A DNA stretch of 64,000 nt from an uncultured virus (IMG/VR IMGVR_UViG_2881717282_000001) (IMGVR_UViG_2881717282_000001:1-64000), one strand, 5' to 3'; counted from the stretch's first letter, positions 10,295 to 20,408 are shown. Numbers and translations: made by a program. Notes: a model not told the origin generated them from the letters alone.

Positions 10295-11582
10295 CAGCTG
10301 GCACCTCCTTCTTGCCTGTGACATACTCGTAAATCATTGTTTTCTTATATTCATCCAGTGTTTCAAGCTGTTCTCTTTTCGCTGTGATTACAGCATCAAC
10401 TTTGCAAAGCACACTATCGATATGTTCCACAATTCTGTTTTGCTCATCAACTGGAGGAACAGGATAAAACAATTCTGATAGTTTGTTCCATCTCAAGTCA
10501 CAAGAACGAACACGAATACCGGTTGACATAGCTAAGAAAACATCACTGTATGCCATACTTCTTAAATAATACATAATGTATCGTTTGTTCTGCTCTGTAT
10601 CCAGCACATTTAAAACTGGTGATGCTTTTCCTCTAGAGTCAGAAATTCCAATCGCTCCAGCAAAACCATCCATACCGTGAACAACTAAATCACCAACATC
10701 AATTCCTTGATAGCCGATTTCTTTATCAGCCATTGTAAATCCATCTTCTCTACGATTACTTCTAAGAGTCACTTCTCCATCTCTAAAGCAGGTAATTACA
10801 CCATCATCTTCTCGAGTTGTTTTCTGAATATACTTAAGAATGTATTTCCCTCGAACACATTTCCAGTGATTTGGCATCTTTCCAATCCATTGAATGTTGG
10901 TTTCTTTATAGTCAACACTCTGATTAAGACCTTTAGTCACACACTCTGTGATTACGGTTTTCTTATATGATTCCAATACCTCAACCTGTTGCTGAATGTT
11001 TGCTATTAGTGCTTCAATTTTTTCACATTGAATATCTAAATAGTCAGATATCCTTCTTTGTGTTTCGATTGGAGCCACAGGAATATACAAACCCCCAAAT
11101 TTATCCATAGGGATTCGCATCCTAATCGTATTCAATTTACCATTGTTCGATTCTTTCATTAAAATCCCGTTTCCCAAACCAAACAAACTCCTCTGAAATA
11201 TAGTTGTTTGGAAAATATAATTATAAAATCGAACATCTTCGTTGTTACGAAGCGGTCTCAACATATAATAAACTGGACTAACACATCCAAAATATTTAGA
11301 TAATCCAACCGAACCAGAGAGTATGTTCATGCTGTTCATGACTATATCGCCCGGATAAGCCAAACGATAACCACTTAAATCTTCTTTAGGCTTGTTACCG
11401 CCTCCTTCTTTTTGGTCATGCGGAATGACTCCTTGTTTAGCAGTTAACGAAAGAATATCACTTGTTTGGACAGGATTATTTTTTTCGATTCTTTCCTGAA
11501 GGCAGTATTTTATTTTTTTTAGCTTCCATGAAGCCGGATATTTGCCCAGCCATTGGATTCCACTTTCAATCATTGCATCCAT
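10287..11582 (-). CDS. hsdS: Prophage-borne type I specificity subunit
   Basis: ESGIQWLGKYPASW / ETNIQWIGKMPNHW repeats, P..EQ..I...D, YEYVTGKKEV end. Confidence 0.93.
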   Translation of the reverse strand: MDAMIESGIQWLGKYPASWKLKKIKYCLQERIEKNNPVQTSDILSLTAKQGVIPHDQKEGGGNKPKEDLSGYRLAYPGDIVMNSMNILSGSVGLSKYFGCVSPVYYMLRPLRNNEDVRFYNYIFQTTIFQRSLFGLGNGILMKESNNGKLNTIRMRIPMDKFGGLYIPVAPIETQRRISDYLDIQCEKIEALIANIQQQVEVLESYKKTVITECVTKGLNQSVDYKETNIQWIGKMPNHWKCVRGKYILKYIQKTTREDDGVITCFRDGEVTLRSNRREDGFTMADKEIGYQGIDVGDLVVHGMDGFAGAIGISDSRGKASPVLNVLDTEQNKRYIMYYLRSMAYSDVFLAMSTGIRVRSCDLRWNKLSELFYPVPPVDEQNRIVEHIDSVLCKVDAVITAKREQLETLDEYKKTMIYEYVTGKKEVPADA

Positions 11583-11594
11583 TTTTGCACCACC

Positions 11595-13712
11595 TTACCC
11601 GAACAATTCTTCAACTTGTTTACTAACGGATTGTTCTAATTCCGTGAAACGATTTTCTAGTACCTCACTTGTAGCTGGTGCCTGATATCTATAAAAAGTT
11701 CTAGTAAATGGAATCTCTGCACCAGTCTTTATAACAGGTTTCTTTGCTGTAAGGTTTTCTTCAAAGAATGCTGTTGCATCCGGAATATATGGAAGTACCT
11801 CTCTTTCCATATAACTATTAATATCCTCTTCATATGGAACTATTTCTGTATCCTTAGTTTCTTTATCAAAGAGAATATTTCCTTTTCTATCTTTTTGTAT
11901 TACTGCTTTCTTATCCATAGTGGAAAGACCATCAGCAATTTTATCAAGCAGTTTCTTATCTGTGGTGATTGCGGCAAGCACCTTTCGTAGCACTGGATTA
12001 AACTCACTCGGTGAGTAATAGATATCGTTAGAAACCGAGTCCTCTAACGCTTCTAAAATAGCATCATATGTATCTTTATTTTCAAGGAACTGCTCCAACT
12101 TTTTCTGCTCTTTTCCACTTAATTCTTCTGCATTCTGGAGCTCATTAACTTTGCCTTCATCATACAACGAAGAAAGAGCTCCCTTTGTAAGCATAGCCAT
12201 AATTCTATCATGCGTAATGCTGTAGCTTCTCTGCAGCGGCTGCATAACAACATACTCTTTATATATAAATTCCTCATTTCTGAAAATTCTACTAAACTCA
12301 TTCTCTTCAAAATTGGCATATAGTTTAGTGATTTCAGTTCTATCTTCAGGAGAGATTTCGTTTCTTTTGTCTCCTAGCGCTTTACGTAATCTATGGCAAA
12401 ATGAAGATGCATCAATAAGTTGTACTTTACCCTTTCTTTCAGGACGCTTATTTTTTGAGAGCACCCAAATATAAGTGGCAATTCCAGTATTGTAGAACAA
12501 ATCGACCGGAAGGCCTATAATCGCCTCAATCAAATCATTTTCCAGCATCCATTTCCTTATCTGGCTCTCACCAGAAGATGTACCACCATTAAAGAGTGGG
12601 CTACCGTTTTCAATAACAGCTGCTCTACCAAAATTGTCATCCATCTTGTCAATAGCTGACTGAAGGAACAACATCTGCATATCACCGGAACCCGGAAGTC
12701 CAGCGCCCCAGCGTCCGTCAAATCCCTTGGCATATTCGTCATTAACAGCCTTTTCTACACCTTCAGCAGCATCTTTACCGCCCCAAGGTGTACCAAAAGG
12801 AGGATTTTCAATTACGAAACGCATCTTCGTTCCCTCAAAGCGGTCCTTCTTCATGGTATCCTGATAACAGATATTTTCCGCATTCTGTCCTTTGATAAGC
12901 ATCTCTGCAAGACAAATAGCATAAGATTCAGGATTAATTTCCTGACCAAAAAGGCGCACGTCAGCTGTCGGGTTATAACGCTTGATGAAGTTGTATCCCG
13001 TGGAAAGCATACCGCCGGTTCCGCACGCTTGGTCCAAAACTGTAATAACTTTACCGTCATCGAAAATATCGTCGCAGCCTTCAGCCAAGAGAATGTTTAC
13101 CATCAACTTGATAATGTCACGGCCAGTATAGTGGTCACCAGCCTCTGCATTTTCAGAGAATCTACGGATGAGGTCCTCGAAAATATATCCCATCTTTACA
13201 TTGTCGATAGTACGAGGATTCAAATCCAATTCAGAGAAAGCCTTAACAACACTGAGCAGACGATTGTTCTTATCCATCTTGTCAATTTGCTTATAAAAGT
13301 CGAGACCTTTCTCAGCAGATACAATAATCTCCTGAACATTCGGTGAAAAGCTCTGCAAATATGCTTTGAAGTTTGCAGCCAAATGGTCTGCATCATTAAT
13401 CAGCTCGGCCAGTGTAAACTCACTAGTATTGTAGAACTGAAAACCAGAAATACGATACATCGCCTTTGCCGGATAGTTCGGATTCGCTTTGAACTGTGCT
13501 ACCACCTTGTCCTTGGTAGGTTCCAGTGCACACTCAAAACGTCTGATGATAACCATTGGAATGATTACATCCTTGTATTTATCACTCTGGTATGTACCAC
13601 GCAGTTTGTTTGCGATGGACCAGATAAAATTGACCTCTGTTGATACATCGATAGGGGAATCATCCCACATTGCATCGATTGTCTGCTTTTGTGCCATTAT
13701 ATTTTCCTCCAT
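11595..13712 (-). CDS. hsdM: Prophage-borne type I methyltransferase
   Basis: FIWSIANKLRG, GDHYTGRD, DQACGTGGML, GQEIN, NPPF, FYNTGIATY. Confidence 0.95.
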   Translation of the reverse strand: MEENIMAQKQTIDAMWDDSPIDVSTEVNFIWSIANKLRGTYQSDKYKDVIIPMVIIRRFECALEPTKDKVVAQFKANPNYPAKAMYRISGFQFYNTSEFTLAELINDADHLAANFKAYLQSFSPNVQEIIVSAEKGLDFYKQIDKMDKNNRLLSVVKAFSELDLNPRTIDNVKMGYIFEDLIRRFSENAEAGDHYTGRDIIKLMVNILLAEGCDDIFDDGKVITVLDQACGTGGMLSTGYNFIKRYNPTADVRLFGQEINPESYAICLAEMLIKGQNAENICYQDTMKKDRFEGTKMRFVIENPPFGTPWGGKDAAEGVEKAVNDEYAKGFDGRWGAGLPGSGDMQMLFLQSAIDKMDDNFGRAAVIENGSPLFNGGTSSGESQIRKWMLENDLIEAIIGLPVDLFYNTGIATYIWVLSKNKRPERKGKVQLIDASSFCHRLRKALGDKRNEISPEDRTEITKLYANFEENEFSRIFRNEEFIYKEYVVMQPLQRSYSITHDRIMAMLTKGALSSLYDEGKVNELQNAEELSGKEQKKLEQFLENKDTYDAILEALEDSVSNDIYYSPSEFNPVLRKVLAAITTDKKLLDKIADGLSTMDKKAVIQKDRKGNILFDKETKDTEIVPYEEDINSYMEREVLPYIPDATAFFEENLTAKKPVIKTGAEIPFTRTFYRYQAPATSEVLENRFTELEQSVSKQVEELFG

Positions 13713-13774
13713 TCAGACTAAGAGCTTCTTAGTCAATGTTAATTTTATATTTTTAGATATCCAATAATCAGGAC

Positions 13775-16057
13775 TTAGTCCTCGATTCCCATCATCATCT
13801 TATAGTGCTGTTCCTGATGCATAGCGGTGAAAATCAGCTCAAACACCTTCTTGCACTGTTCCACATCACTGCCATCATCAATATAGTTGAAGCCATCACT
13901 GATAACAGCCGGGCCGTCATTCATATATGTGAGCATGCTTGAAGCAAGATTATATCGGTCGTAATTCGGCTTCTGTCCTTCCACTTCATCCACAAACAAC
14001 GGCTTATTCTGTTCCAGAACAATCTTGTGAAGGTCATTTCCTTCGTAGCCACATATCTGAATAAAGTAGTATTCAAGAATATGGCGGATTACATTCTTCA
14101 CGGTATTTGCCGTTTTCAGCTCCTTGTATTCATCCCAAAGAGCTGCATACGAGTTCTGAATCGGATTATAGTTTTCTTGCTCGGTAGGCACCCTCTGGCT
14201 CTGACGCACACAAAGTTTTACAGAAGAAATGTTTTCTACCTTTCGAATCATATAAAACGAAACACTGTGGTATCTCTTTGCTTGGTGATGAGTAATTTCC
14301 TTATGGAAATAAACATTGTGAGTCAGAATGAAAACCTGCTTAATATAGTCGCCATCGACCTTATTGCTTCGGTAGTCTGTATTGTTGTAACAAACCTCAA
14401 TCATCTCTCTGACCAAAGCACTGACGATGAACAGTGCTCCACTATCCATACTGGATACCGGGTCATCGATAACAACTATTTTATCTTTTACAGCTTCGCT
14501 GCTAAGGCTTCCTTTCACAAGGTGATAATAATACAAGAATGCAATAAAGTTTCTTTCACCCTCGCTCAGTTTTTCTGCAACAGTTCCATCCGGACGAATG
14601 ACCTCATATGTATTTGCTACACCATCCTTTGCACGAAGGTGGAAACCTTCAAAGCCTGAATTATCAAGCAGCACATTGATGCTATCGATAGTAGCCTCAG
14701 TATTCACAATCTGTTTGTTTAGTTCATTGGCCTCTTCCTTCTTAGCAGTAGCATCCTTTTTTAGCTGCTCCATTTTACCTTTCAGTGATTTGATTTCAAC
14801 ATCCAAATCAGTCAAGGCCTTGTTGTACGCAGCAACGTCGGTTTTCAAAAGCTCTGCAAGATACTCCCACACCTGCTTTTTGCATAGAACCTTCTTTGTT
14901 TTGAGGTCTCTGACTATCTCATTATTTTCTTTGATTTTCTTATTAAAGCCATCAATCAGAGTGCCAATCTCAATGAGCAAACTATCAGTGTCTTCTAAGG
15001 AAGCAATGGATGTCGGCTCTTTAATCTTTGCTGCAATTCTCTGTTTATTAATGGTTATCGCATCCACAAGAAGCTGAACTTTTACTTCATATTCCGACAA
15101 GTCTAATCCCGGCATAGCAGCAGATACATTGCCCTCCAGCGTTGCTACAACGGAATCCATCTCTGATTCATATGTTCTTTGAAAAGCATTAATCGCAGAG
15201 ATGTCATCTTGATACTGTGCGTCGAAGCATGCAGCTATTTCTTTATCAAAGTTAGACGGGAGTTTTTGCTGGCAATATGGGCACTTTCCGTCTGTCTGGC
15301 CAGCAAAATGAGTATGACCACTTCGTACCCAATCAGTAGCTTTTAGGGCTTTAATAAATTTTGCAAAGTCCGTATCACTGCTGCTGGAGATTGGTTTGCC
15401 CATCAATTCATATCCCGGCAAGGATGCATAGGTAACTTTACCTGCCTTAGACAGCATGTTGTACTGCTGTGCATCGCCAGAAAAAACGGTCCCATATAGA
15501 GTTTTTAAATCTTCAACATCATGAGCAACCGGCGTAATTGCTAAAATTTCTTGAGCGAATAATGCAGCCTTTTTCTTACCCTTAATAGCTTCATCAAATA
15601 GTGTTCTGGCTTCCGCACTCTTGCTCCAGCAGTCTGATTGAAATGTCGATAAAGCGGTATTCTTATCCGCTGTTTTCTGGTCTATAGCGGCCTTATGTCC
15701 GTTATATTCCTCACCCATTTTCTTGCGTTCTGCATTGAGTGTATCGACCTGCTCTTGAATAGCAATATTAGTTTCGTTCACGGTGAATACACCAGCAAGA
15801 TTTCCATAGTTACGCAAGTTAGCATTTATAAAATCTGTATCATACACAAGAACATCATATTCAGTTGATGCCCTCCCAGCTTGCCACTGTAAATGTTCAT
15901 CGTTTGCCTTAAACGTTCGTGCAATGGTAGATTTGCCTGCACCATTCTTCCCATAGAAGAAATTTACATACGTCGGTTCTATAACCTCATTGGAAAATGT
16001 GGCATCGTTTAACGTTATTTTTTCTATTGCTGATTTCATTTTAGGGTTCATATGCAA
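13775..16057 (-). CDS. RloC-like SMC/Rad50-type ABC ATPase (AAA_13) with C-terminal HEPN-like region
   Basis: Walker A YGKNGAGKST, coiled coils with CPYC zinc hook, LSEGE, IVVIDDPVSS, ILTHN; adjacent to hsdM. Confidence 0.85.
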   Translation of the reverse strand: MHMNPKMKSAIEKITLNDATFSNEVIEPTYVNFFYGKNGAGKSTIARTFKANDEHLQWQAGRASTEYDVLVYDTDFINANLRNYGNLAGVFTVNETNIAIQEQVDTLNAERKKMGEEYNGHKAAIDQKTADKNTALSTFQSDCWSKSAEARTLFDEAIKGKKKAALFAQEILAITPVAHDVEDLKTLYGTVFSGDAQQYNMLSKAGKVTYASLPGYELMGKPISSSSDTDFAKFIKALKATDWVRSGHTHFAGQTDGKCPYCQQKLPSNFDKEIAACFDAQYQDDISAINAFQRTYESEMDSVVATLEGNVSAAMPGLDLSEYEVKVQLLVDAITINKQRIAAKIKEPTSIASLEDTDSLLIEIGTLIDGFNKKIKENNEIVRDLKTKKVLCKKQVWEYLAELLKTDVAAYNKALTDLDVEIKSLKGKMEQLKKDATAKKEEANELNKQIVNTEATIDSINVLLDNSGFEGFHLRAKDGVANTYEVIRPDGTVAEKLSEGERNFIAFLYYYHLVKGSLSSEAVKDKIVVIDDPVSSMDSGALFIVSALVREMIEVCYNNTDYRSNKVDGDYIKQVFILTHNVYFHKEITHHQAKRYHSVSFYMIRKVENISSVKLCVRQSQRVPTEQENYNPIQNSYAALWDEYKELKTANTVKNVIRHILEYYFIQICGYEGNDLHKIVLEQNKPLFVDEVEGQKPNYDRYNLASSMLTYMNDGPAVISDGFNYIDDGSDVEQCKKVFELIFTAMHQEQHYKMMMGIED

Positions 16058-16072
16058 ATCTACCTCCTGCTT

Positions 16073-16273
16073 CTATTCTTTAATTTTTCCTTCTCTGACC
16101 CATTCGTCAACTTCAGAGATTTTGAATTTATATCGTTTTCCAGCTTTATATACAGGTAATTTTCCTTCTTTTATCCAAGTACGGACTGTATCCTGACTCA
16201 AACTTAGGTGTTCTGCTACATCTTCAAGGTTTACCCATTTTTCAACTTGCATGTTTTCATATTCTGCACTCAT
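16073..16273 (-). CDS. Excisionase/MerR-like HTH DNA-binding protein
   Basis: LEDVAEHLSLSQDTVRTWIKEGKLPVYKAGKRYKFKISEVDEW. Confidence 0.85.
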   Translation of the reverse strand: MSAEYENMQVEKWVNLEDVAEHLSLSQDTVRTWIKEGKLPVYKAGKRYKFKISEVDEWVREGKIKE

Positions 16274-16314
16274 ATTATTCCTCCATGTTCGATTCCAGAT
16301 GAGTGGTTGCGTAT

Positions 16315-16962
16315 TTATAAAGAAAAGACTTGTATCCCAGCTTCTCTTAATACCTCTACTGCATTTATCTTTTTTATTGCCCAGTGCATACGATTCAATT
16401 CATTCGTTCCGCTGCAGCCTTCGATTCCGAGTTCAAACCGAAGTTCATTTATTTTCTGCTGTGGTATCCAGTTGAGTATTTGATAATATACTTTGATACC
16501 ATTGTCCTGAATTTTCACATCAACAATCAACCCATAAGCTGCATAGTGGTCTGCGTCCGTTTTTCCATAAGCGTGGTTCTCAGTCGCAATAATTGCTGGA
16601 TAGGTTTTCAACACCGAAATTGCATCATCCGACAAAGTCGCATAAGCTGCTTTCAATTCTTTTGACGTACTTTCCGTTATTGCTCTATCCTTACGAACAA
16701 GGCAATGACAGTACTGAGGATTTAATTCATCATCCCCGACAACCAGAAGATTATAAAAATCTGTATTTAATGCAATGGTATGCGCTGCGTTAGGACTTCC
16801 CGGCATGGGTGGTGCTCCACCCACCATCATTACACTATAGGTATTATTCACTGCGTCCGTATGAGCTACTAACGTATTATTGTTACCGGGCAAATTAAAT
16901 GTTGTATTCGGTGTTTGCGTTTGCAAAGCTCCCGGTTGTGATGGCTGTAATTTATTCTCCAT
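16315..16962 (-). CDS. Hypothetical protein with N-terminal N-rich motif and globular C-terminal domain
   Basis: ATG 16962 after GGAGG, overlapping upstream stop; FNLPGNNNTLVAHTDAVNNTY; C-terminal ELNRMHWAIK. Confidence 0.8.
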   Translation of the reverse strand: MENKLQPSQPGALQTQTPNTTFNLPGNNNTLVAHTDAVNNTYSVMMVGGAPPMPGSPNAAHTIALNTDFYNLLVVGDDELNPQYCHCLVRKDRAITESTSKELKAAYATLSDDAISVLKTYPAIIATENHAYGKTDADHYAAYGLIVDVKIQDNGIKVYYQILNWIPQQKINELRFELGIEGCSGTNELNRMHWAIKKINAVEVLREAGIQVFSL

Positions 16963-17854
16963 CTTTTTTCTGCCCTCCATAATAATTGTTCGTAATGCTA
17001 TCGACATGCTGAATGAAACTATTATTATTTCCAGTCACATTAAAGTTGAAAACCATTTGCTGTTTTGACTTTGCTTCCTCCTGACGAGGTTCTTCATAGA
17101 CTTCTTCAACGATAATATCATCTGGCGATTTATCTGCTTTATTATCGGCAACGCCATCATCTTTAGGTTCAACGTAACTCAGTTTAATATCAACAGGCCA
17201 ATTAACACCAATATCTCCAGTGTAAGCCCTTTTACCTCCACCTGAGGATGGACACCAAACATCAAATGTTTTTGCCCCTACTGTATTATCAACATTACAT
17301 ACAGCGTAATGAAATACTCCTAGCAGGAATGGCTGCAGGGAAATCTCTTTCATAGCAACAACATCTTTCTTCTGCATTGTTGCTCCATCTTCCTTAACAT
17401 AAAAGGATTGACTTTCATCTATGCAATTATCTAACGATATTAGTTCGACGAGTGCTTTCACGAGCAGCTCGTCTTTTTTTATATCTCCTCCGGCATCAAT
17501 GAATCCCTCTACAAAGCAGCACATTTTTCTCAAGGTATCGGCATACTCATTCTTCACTCTTTCGTCAAAAACTCTCAATGCTGTTTTATCACCGAACGGA
17601 AAGTAGCCTCCACCTGCATTCTTGCATTTTTTATATTCTGATGCGTTACCTTGAATCGTCTTGATTTCAGTCGGCATCGGTGTCGCTAAATCTGAACGTA
17701 TCACTCTAGCCAGACCAATCAAAGTTTCATATTCAGTTAATCCATCTTTTTTCCCTGCGTAGTGTTCATTTGCTCCCAGCAGTTGCTTTCTTGCCTCTAA
17801 AAGTAAGGTGAAGAATGTACCGCCACACAGTCTTAAATTTTCATTTTTTGTCAT
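16952..17854 (-). CDS. Hypothetical protein in repressor position with C-terminal N-rich motif
   Basis: 300-aa ORF divergent from the lytic operon; acidic linker, then FNVTGNNNSFIQHVDSITNNYY. Confidence 0.8.
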   Translation of the reverse strand: MTKNENLRLCGGTFFTLLLEARKQLLGANEHYAGKKDGLTEYETLIGLARVIRSDLATPMPTEIKTIQGNASEYKKCKNAGGGYFPFGDKTALRVFDERVKNEYADTLRKMCCFVEGFIDAGGDIKKDELLVKALVELISLDNCIDESQSFYVKEDGATMQKKDVVAMKEISLQPFLLGVFHYAVCNVDNTVGAKTFDVWCPSSGGGKRAYTGDIGVNWPVDIKLSYVEPKDDGVADNKADKSPDDIIVEEVYEEPRQEEAKSKQQMVFNFNVTGNNNSFIQHVDSITNNYYGGQKKDGE

Positions 17855-17878
17855 TGATTGTCCCTCTAATCAAAGTTA

Positions 17879-17962
17879 CCTACTCAACTTACTCAACTGT
17901 GAATGGCAGGCCTACTCAACTTACTATTTTCTATCCCTGTGAAAAGCCACAGGGATTTTTTG
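17879..17962. promoter_or_regulatory. Divergent control region: TACTCAACT direct repeats plus hairpin and T-tract
   Basis: CCTACTCAACTTACT at 17879 and 17911, extra unit at 17890; ATCCCTGTG-aaaagc-CACAGGGAT then T run. Confidence 0.6.
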
Positions 17963-18165
17963 ATGTCTGTTGACCGTTGAATCTGATGAACATAAATCAG
18001 AACAACCCCAAACAAACCCCACTAAATCATTATAACACTTTCTGACATTATTTTCAATGTAGTGAACATGAACGAACAATGAACTCTACAGCGAAATATG
18101 CCGGAAAACTCTGTTTCCACCTGTGGCTGGTCACAAATCTACGCCAATCACAGGAGGAAAAAATA

Positions 18166-18678
18166 ATGGCAAAAAACGTAAATCAGAGTAAACAGTACCG
18201 TATCTATTTGAAATCCACCAAGGAATGGGTGGAAGTCCCTGAAGAGTTCTATCGTGAACAAACCCGTTATTACGACACGTTTCGACATCGCATGCAGGAG
18301 CACGGACAGTGCAGCTGCCCCAAAAGTAAGTTCTGGCTCTGCGATGGTGACTGCTTAACCTGCGAGTTTCGCTGTGCAGGAGATATGCTGTCTCTCGACT
18401 ACGAAACTGAGAACGATAGCGGCGATACTTGTTCGATGCTTGACAGCATCCCCGATACTGCTCCTCTTGCAGCAGATATCATTGCGGACAAGCTCCTTCT
18501 GGAACAGCTGGTTCAGCGCCTGCACGAACTTGACCCAGATGCCGGTCTCATTCTCCAGCTTCTCAAAGACGAAAAATCTGACCGTGCTATCGCTGAGGCA
18601 CTCGGCAGACCACAGAGAACCTTTGCACACCAGATGAAGCGATACCGTGATGAACTGCGAAATATCCGTGGGTACTAA
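18166..18678 (+). CDS. Phage sigma-70 region-4-like transcription factor with Cys cluster
   Basis: CPKSKFWLCDGDCLTC; C-terminal HTH KSDRAIAEALGRPQRT; AGGAGG RBS. Confidence 0.7.
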   Translation: MAKNVNQSKQYRIYLKSTKEWVEVPEEFYREQTRYYDTFRHRMQEHGQCSCPKSKFWLCDGDCLTCEFRCAGDMLSLDYETENDSGDTCSMLDSIPDTAPLAADIIADKLLLEQLVQRLHELDPDAGLILQLLKDEKSDRAIAEALGRPQRTFAHQMKRYRDELRNIRGY

Positions 18679-18792
18679 GACCTAACCGAAAGCTGTTTTA
18701 TCAACTTTCAAAATTTTTTCAAAAATAATGGCTCAATCCGGCAGCTCACCTCCATTGGTAAGTGTAAGGCACAGAACAAAACACCTTACAGA

Positions 18793-19017
18793 ATGGAGGT
18801 GACTACCGTGAAGCAGTCTCATTACAGAAACAGCCGAGGCGATGCTGAAGTAATTCAGGTTTTAACCGCAATTAGCATCGTGTCCGGCAGAATGGCAAGG
18901 AACATGAGCGTCCTCGCCGCACACAGACAATCCGAGGAAGGAGGAACAGTAAATGTCAAAAATGAGCGATATGGCTATGACCATCGAAGAGCTGAGAAAT
19001 GCTGCCGCTGCTATTAA
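18793..19017 (+). CDS. Small hypothetical phage protein
   Basis: ORF after conserved promoter motif, GGAGG RBS before GTG 18808. Confidence 0.5.
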   Translation: MEVTTVKQSHYRNSRGDAEVIQVLTAISIVSGRMARNMSVLAAHRQSEEGGTVNVKNERYGYDHRRAEKCCRCY

Positions 19018-19267
19018 CGACGCAGCAAACTGGCTCGCACAGCAGTTTGGAGGAGTATTCGAAGCTGCTGAAACAGCAGAAGCCCCTGCTGCTCCTGCGA
19101 AACCTGCATTGACACTTGAGGAGGTTCGAGCTGTTCTGGCTGATAAATCTCGTGCCGGTCATACAGCTGAAATTCGAGAACTTCTTAAAAAGTACGGTGC
19201 AAGCAAGTTGTCACTCGTAGACCCGAAACATTATGAAGCCCTGCTCAGGGAAGCGGAGGTGCTCTAA
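18953..19267 (+). CDS. Conserved phage protein of the replication module
   Basis: LTLEEVRAVLADKSRAG..LLKKYGASKLS..DPKHY. Confidence 0.75.
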   Translation: MSKMSDMAMTIEELRNAAAAINDAANWLAQQFGGVFEAAETAEAPAAPAKPALTLEEVRAVLADKSRAGHTAEIRELLKKYGASKLSLVDPKHYEALLREAEVL

Positions 19268-19268
19268 T

Positions 19269-20408
19269 ATGCCACCTAAAGGACATGCAATCCTCTCCGC
19301 ATCCTCTTCTGACCGCTGGCTCCACTGTCCACCGTCAGCAAGGCTCTGCGAAACCTATGAGGATAAAGGCAGCAACTATGCTGCAGAAGGCACCGATGCC
19401 CACTCCCTTTGTGAGTACAAGCTCCGCAAGGCACTCGGCATGGAAGCTACAGACCCGACCGAGAATCTCGACTGGTACAACGCTGAGATGGAGGATTGCG
19501 CTACCGGCTATGCCAGCTTCATCATGGAGCTTTTGGAAGAGGCCAAACAGACTTGCTCTGACCCTGTTGTTCTGATTGAACAGCGAGTGGACTTCTCTCA
19601 CTGGGTGGAACAAGGCTTCGGAACCTCGGATGCCATTCTCATCAGCGACGGCACCATGCACGTGATTGACTATAAACACGGTCTTGGAATTCTCGTATCC
19701 GCTGAGGACAATCCGCAGATGAAGTGCTACGCCCTTGGTGCATTGGAACTGTTCGATGACATCTACGACATCGATACGGTCAGCATGACCATCTACCAGC
19801 CTAGACGTCAGAACGTTTCCACCTACGAAGTCAGCAAGGATGACTTGTACCAGTGGGCCGATGAAGTTTTGAAGCCTACCGCAGACCTTGCCTTTGCCGG
19901 TGATGGAAACTTCCTATGTGGTGAATGGTGCGGATTCTGTAAAGCAAAGCATGAATGCCGAGCTAGAGCTGAAGCCAATCTCCTACTCGCACAGCACGAT
20001 TTCAAGCTGCCGCCACTGTTGGAGGATTCGGAAATTGAATTCATCCTCTCCCGTGTCGACGAACTAGTCTCTTGGGCAGGTGACATCAAGGAGTATGCAC
20101 TCCAGCAGGCAATCAGCGGTAAAGAATGGACTGGCTGGAAGCTGGTCGAGGGTCGCTCCAACCGCAGATACACCAGTGAAGACGCCGTGTCGAAAGCTGT
20201 CGAAGCTGCTGGTTTTGACCCTTACGAAAAGAAACTGCTTGGTATCACAGCCATGCAAAAGCTGCTCGGTAAGTCTCGCTTCGAAGAGCTCCTTGCAGCA
20301 TATATTGAAAAGCCACAAGGCAAACCTACTCTTGTGCCGGAGAGCGATAAGCGCCCGGCAATGAACACAGCAAAAAATGATTTTATGGAGGAATACGACA
20401 ATGAGTAA
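19269..20408 (+). CDS. DUF2800 PD-(D/E)xK (Cas4-like) exonuclease
   Basis: HAILSASSSDRWLHCP, GTSD, VIDYKHG, QMKCYA, WCGFCKAKHEC. Confidence 0.85.
   Translation: MPPKGHAILSASSSDRWLHCPPSARLCETYEDKGSNYAAEGTDAHSLCEYKLRKALGMEATDPTENLDWYNAEMEDCATGYASFIMELLEEAKQTCSDPVVLIEQRVDFSHWVEQGFGTSDAILISDGTMHVIDYKHGLGILVSAEDNPQMKCYALGALELFDDIYDIDTVSMTIYQPRRQNVSTYEVSKDDLYQWADEVLKPTADLAFAGDGNFLCGEWCGFCKAKHECRARAEANLLLAQHDFKLPPLLEDSEIEFILSRVDELVSWAGDIKEYALQQAISGKEWTGWKLVEGRSNRRYTSEDAVSKAVEAAGFDPYEKKLLGITAMQKLLGKSRFEELLAAYIEKPQGKPTLVPESDKRPAMNTAKNDFMEEYDNE

Noticed and set aside
19269..20408. Cas4-like nuclease as evidence for CRISPR-Cas
   Set aside because: Standard phage DUF2800 gene; no cas1/cas2 or repeat-spacer array seen
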